Assembly (NCBI RefSeq): GCF_006345805.1 | Contig: NC_042998.1 | Location: forward strand, 194,122,001 to 194,186,000 | From: Octopus sinensis | Lineage: Eukaryota | Reading direction: 5' to 3' | DNA length: 64,000 nucleotides | Notes under the pieces: generated by a model | The model's input: only the letters and a program-made list of their open reading frames with translations | What the model was told of the DNA's origin: nothing | Databases searched by the model: none | Shown: positions 62,846 through 64,000 of the stretch, in pieces | How positions within the stretch are numbered: the first letter of the stretch is position 1 | Layout: every line of letters starts with the position of its first letter | Translations under genes and position numbers: made by a program

Positions 62846-63253
62846 TTAGAGGGTTGAGTTTCATAAGAATTAACTTTGATACGTTGTTTACTGAAGGAAT
62901 AAAGATGAGAGCCTAGATTTAATACAAAGAGACTTTTCCTTGTTCTATTCTTTACCGAAGGCATGAAAAGGAAAAAAAAATAAAATAAAAATAAAAAATT
63001 AGAGTGGGAGTGAGTGTAATAGCTTTGATAACAAAGAATGATAGGAAACTGGGGGTGAACATCGATTTTGAGTAAACTATAAAGTTATATGCTGTGTCAG
63101 CGACATTAGCTGACACATGGGACATAAAAGAGGAGAGATGACAACATAATGGCATTCAGATAGAAACGTGTGTCGCTCCTACAACATAACTTTTACAAGA
63201 AATCAATTGATAACTCTCTTAGGAATAAACACATTTAAACAGAGCAGCTACCG

Positions 63254-63284
<31 letters not shown>

Positions 63285-63479
63285 ATACCACATTTTCTTT
63301 CTTTTTCTTTTTTCTGTGGGAGGTTTTGTCTTTCTTTCCGTCTGTTTGTCTATTAAACTCTCTCTCTCTCCTTCCCTTCTTCCCTTCCTATCTCCTCCTT
63401 TCTCTCTCTTAGTCTCTTTGTCCCTTTTCTCTGTTTACAAATGTCAATGCCCGTGTCCATTTGTGTTGCATGTTTGTAT

Positions 63480-63493
63480 GTTTGCGTGTGTGT

Positions 63494-63529
<36 letters not shown>

Positions 63530-64000
63530 TGCCTCTGTGTGTGTGTGTAGTGTGTGGTATGTGTGGTGTGTATGTGTGTGTGTGTGCGTGTTTGTGTGTG
63601 TTTGTAGGTTTGCTTGTGTGTGTGTGCTTGTGTGTGTGCGTGTGTGCGTGCGTGTGTGTGCGTACGTGTGTGTGTGCTGTGTGGTGTGTTTGTGTGTAGT
63701 GTGTGGTATGTGTGGTGTGTGTGTGTTTGCGTGTTTATGTGTGTTTGTAGGCTTGCGTGTGTGTGTGTGTGTGGTGTGGTGTGCGTGTGTGGTGTGTGCG
63801 TGTTTGTGTATTTGTAGGTTTGCTTGCAGGTGTGTGTACGCTTGTGTGTGTGTGTGTGTGTGTGTACGCTTGTGTGTGTGTGTGTGTGTGTACGCTTGTG
63901 TGTGTGTGTGTGTGTGTGTGTGTACGCTTGTGTGTGTGTGTGTGGTGTGTACGCTTGTGTGTGTGTGTGTGGTGTGTGTGTGTGTGTGTGTGTGTGTGTG
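63480..64000. repeat. Imperfect (TG)n microsatellite with recurring TACGCTTG spacer units
   Basis: Directly visible. Confidence 0.95.

Noticed and set aside
43090-64000. Searched for the next Pax exon (VC...PSVSSINRILRN) and the homeobox
   Set aside because: No matching coding segment with splice sites was found by eye. They probably lie beyond the window, though a short exon could have been missed.

Overview
AT-rich, microsatellite-dense animal genomic DNA. The SINE families and repeat landscape suggest an octopus/coleoid cephalopod; that is an inference, not a database result. Only one host gene is supportable: two + strand exons (31904-32216 and 42928-43089) that splice in frame into an eyegone-like Pax protein with a polyproline N-terminus, a degenerate PAI remnant and an intact RED subdomain start. 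Its later exons are not visible in the window. The rest is transposon-derived: CR1, RTE and R4-clade LINE fragments, one near-complete CR1 ORF2, several Penelope-like element (PLE) fragments, at least five tRNA-derived SINE types, Helitron/Helentron pieces, a hAT deletion derivative with an 8-bp TSD, and a ~70-copy 99-bp satellite. The most striking hidden structure is about 14 minimal type-I hammerhead-ribozyme-like motifs with palindromic stem III, many paired back-to-back inside foldback elements. Across families the catalytic 3-8 pair covaries (C3-G8, U3-A8, G3-C8). A second highlight is a SINE and a CR1 LINE sharing a 3' stem-loop with compensatory changes. All folds were read by eye and no activity is shown. 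Boundaries of decayed elements are approximate (tens of bp).
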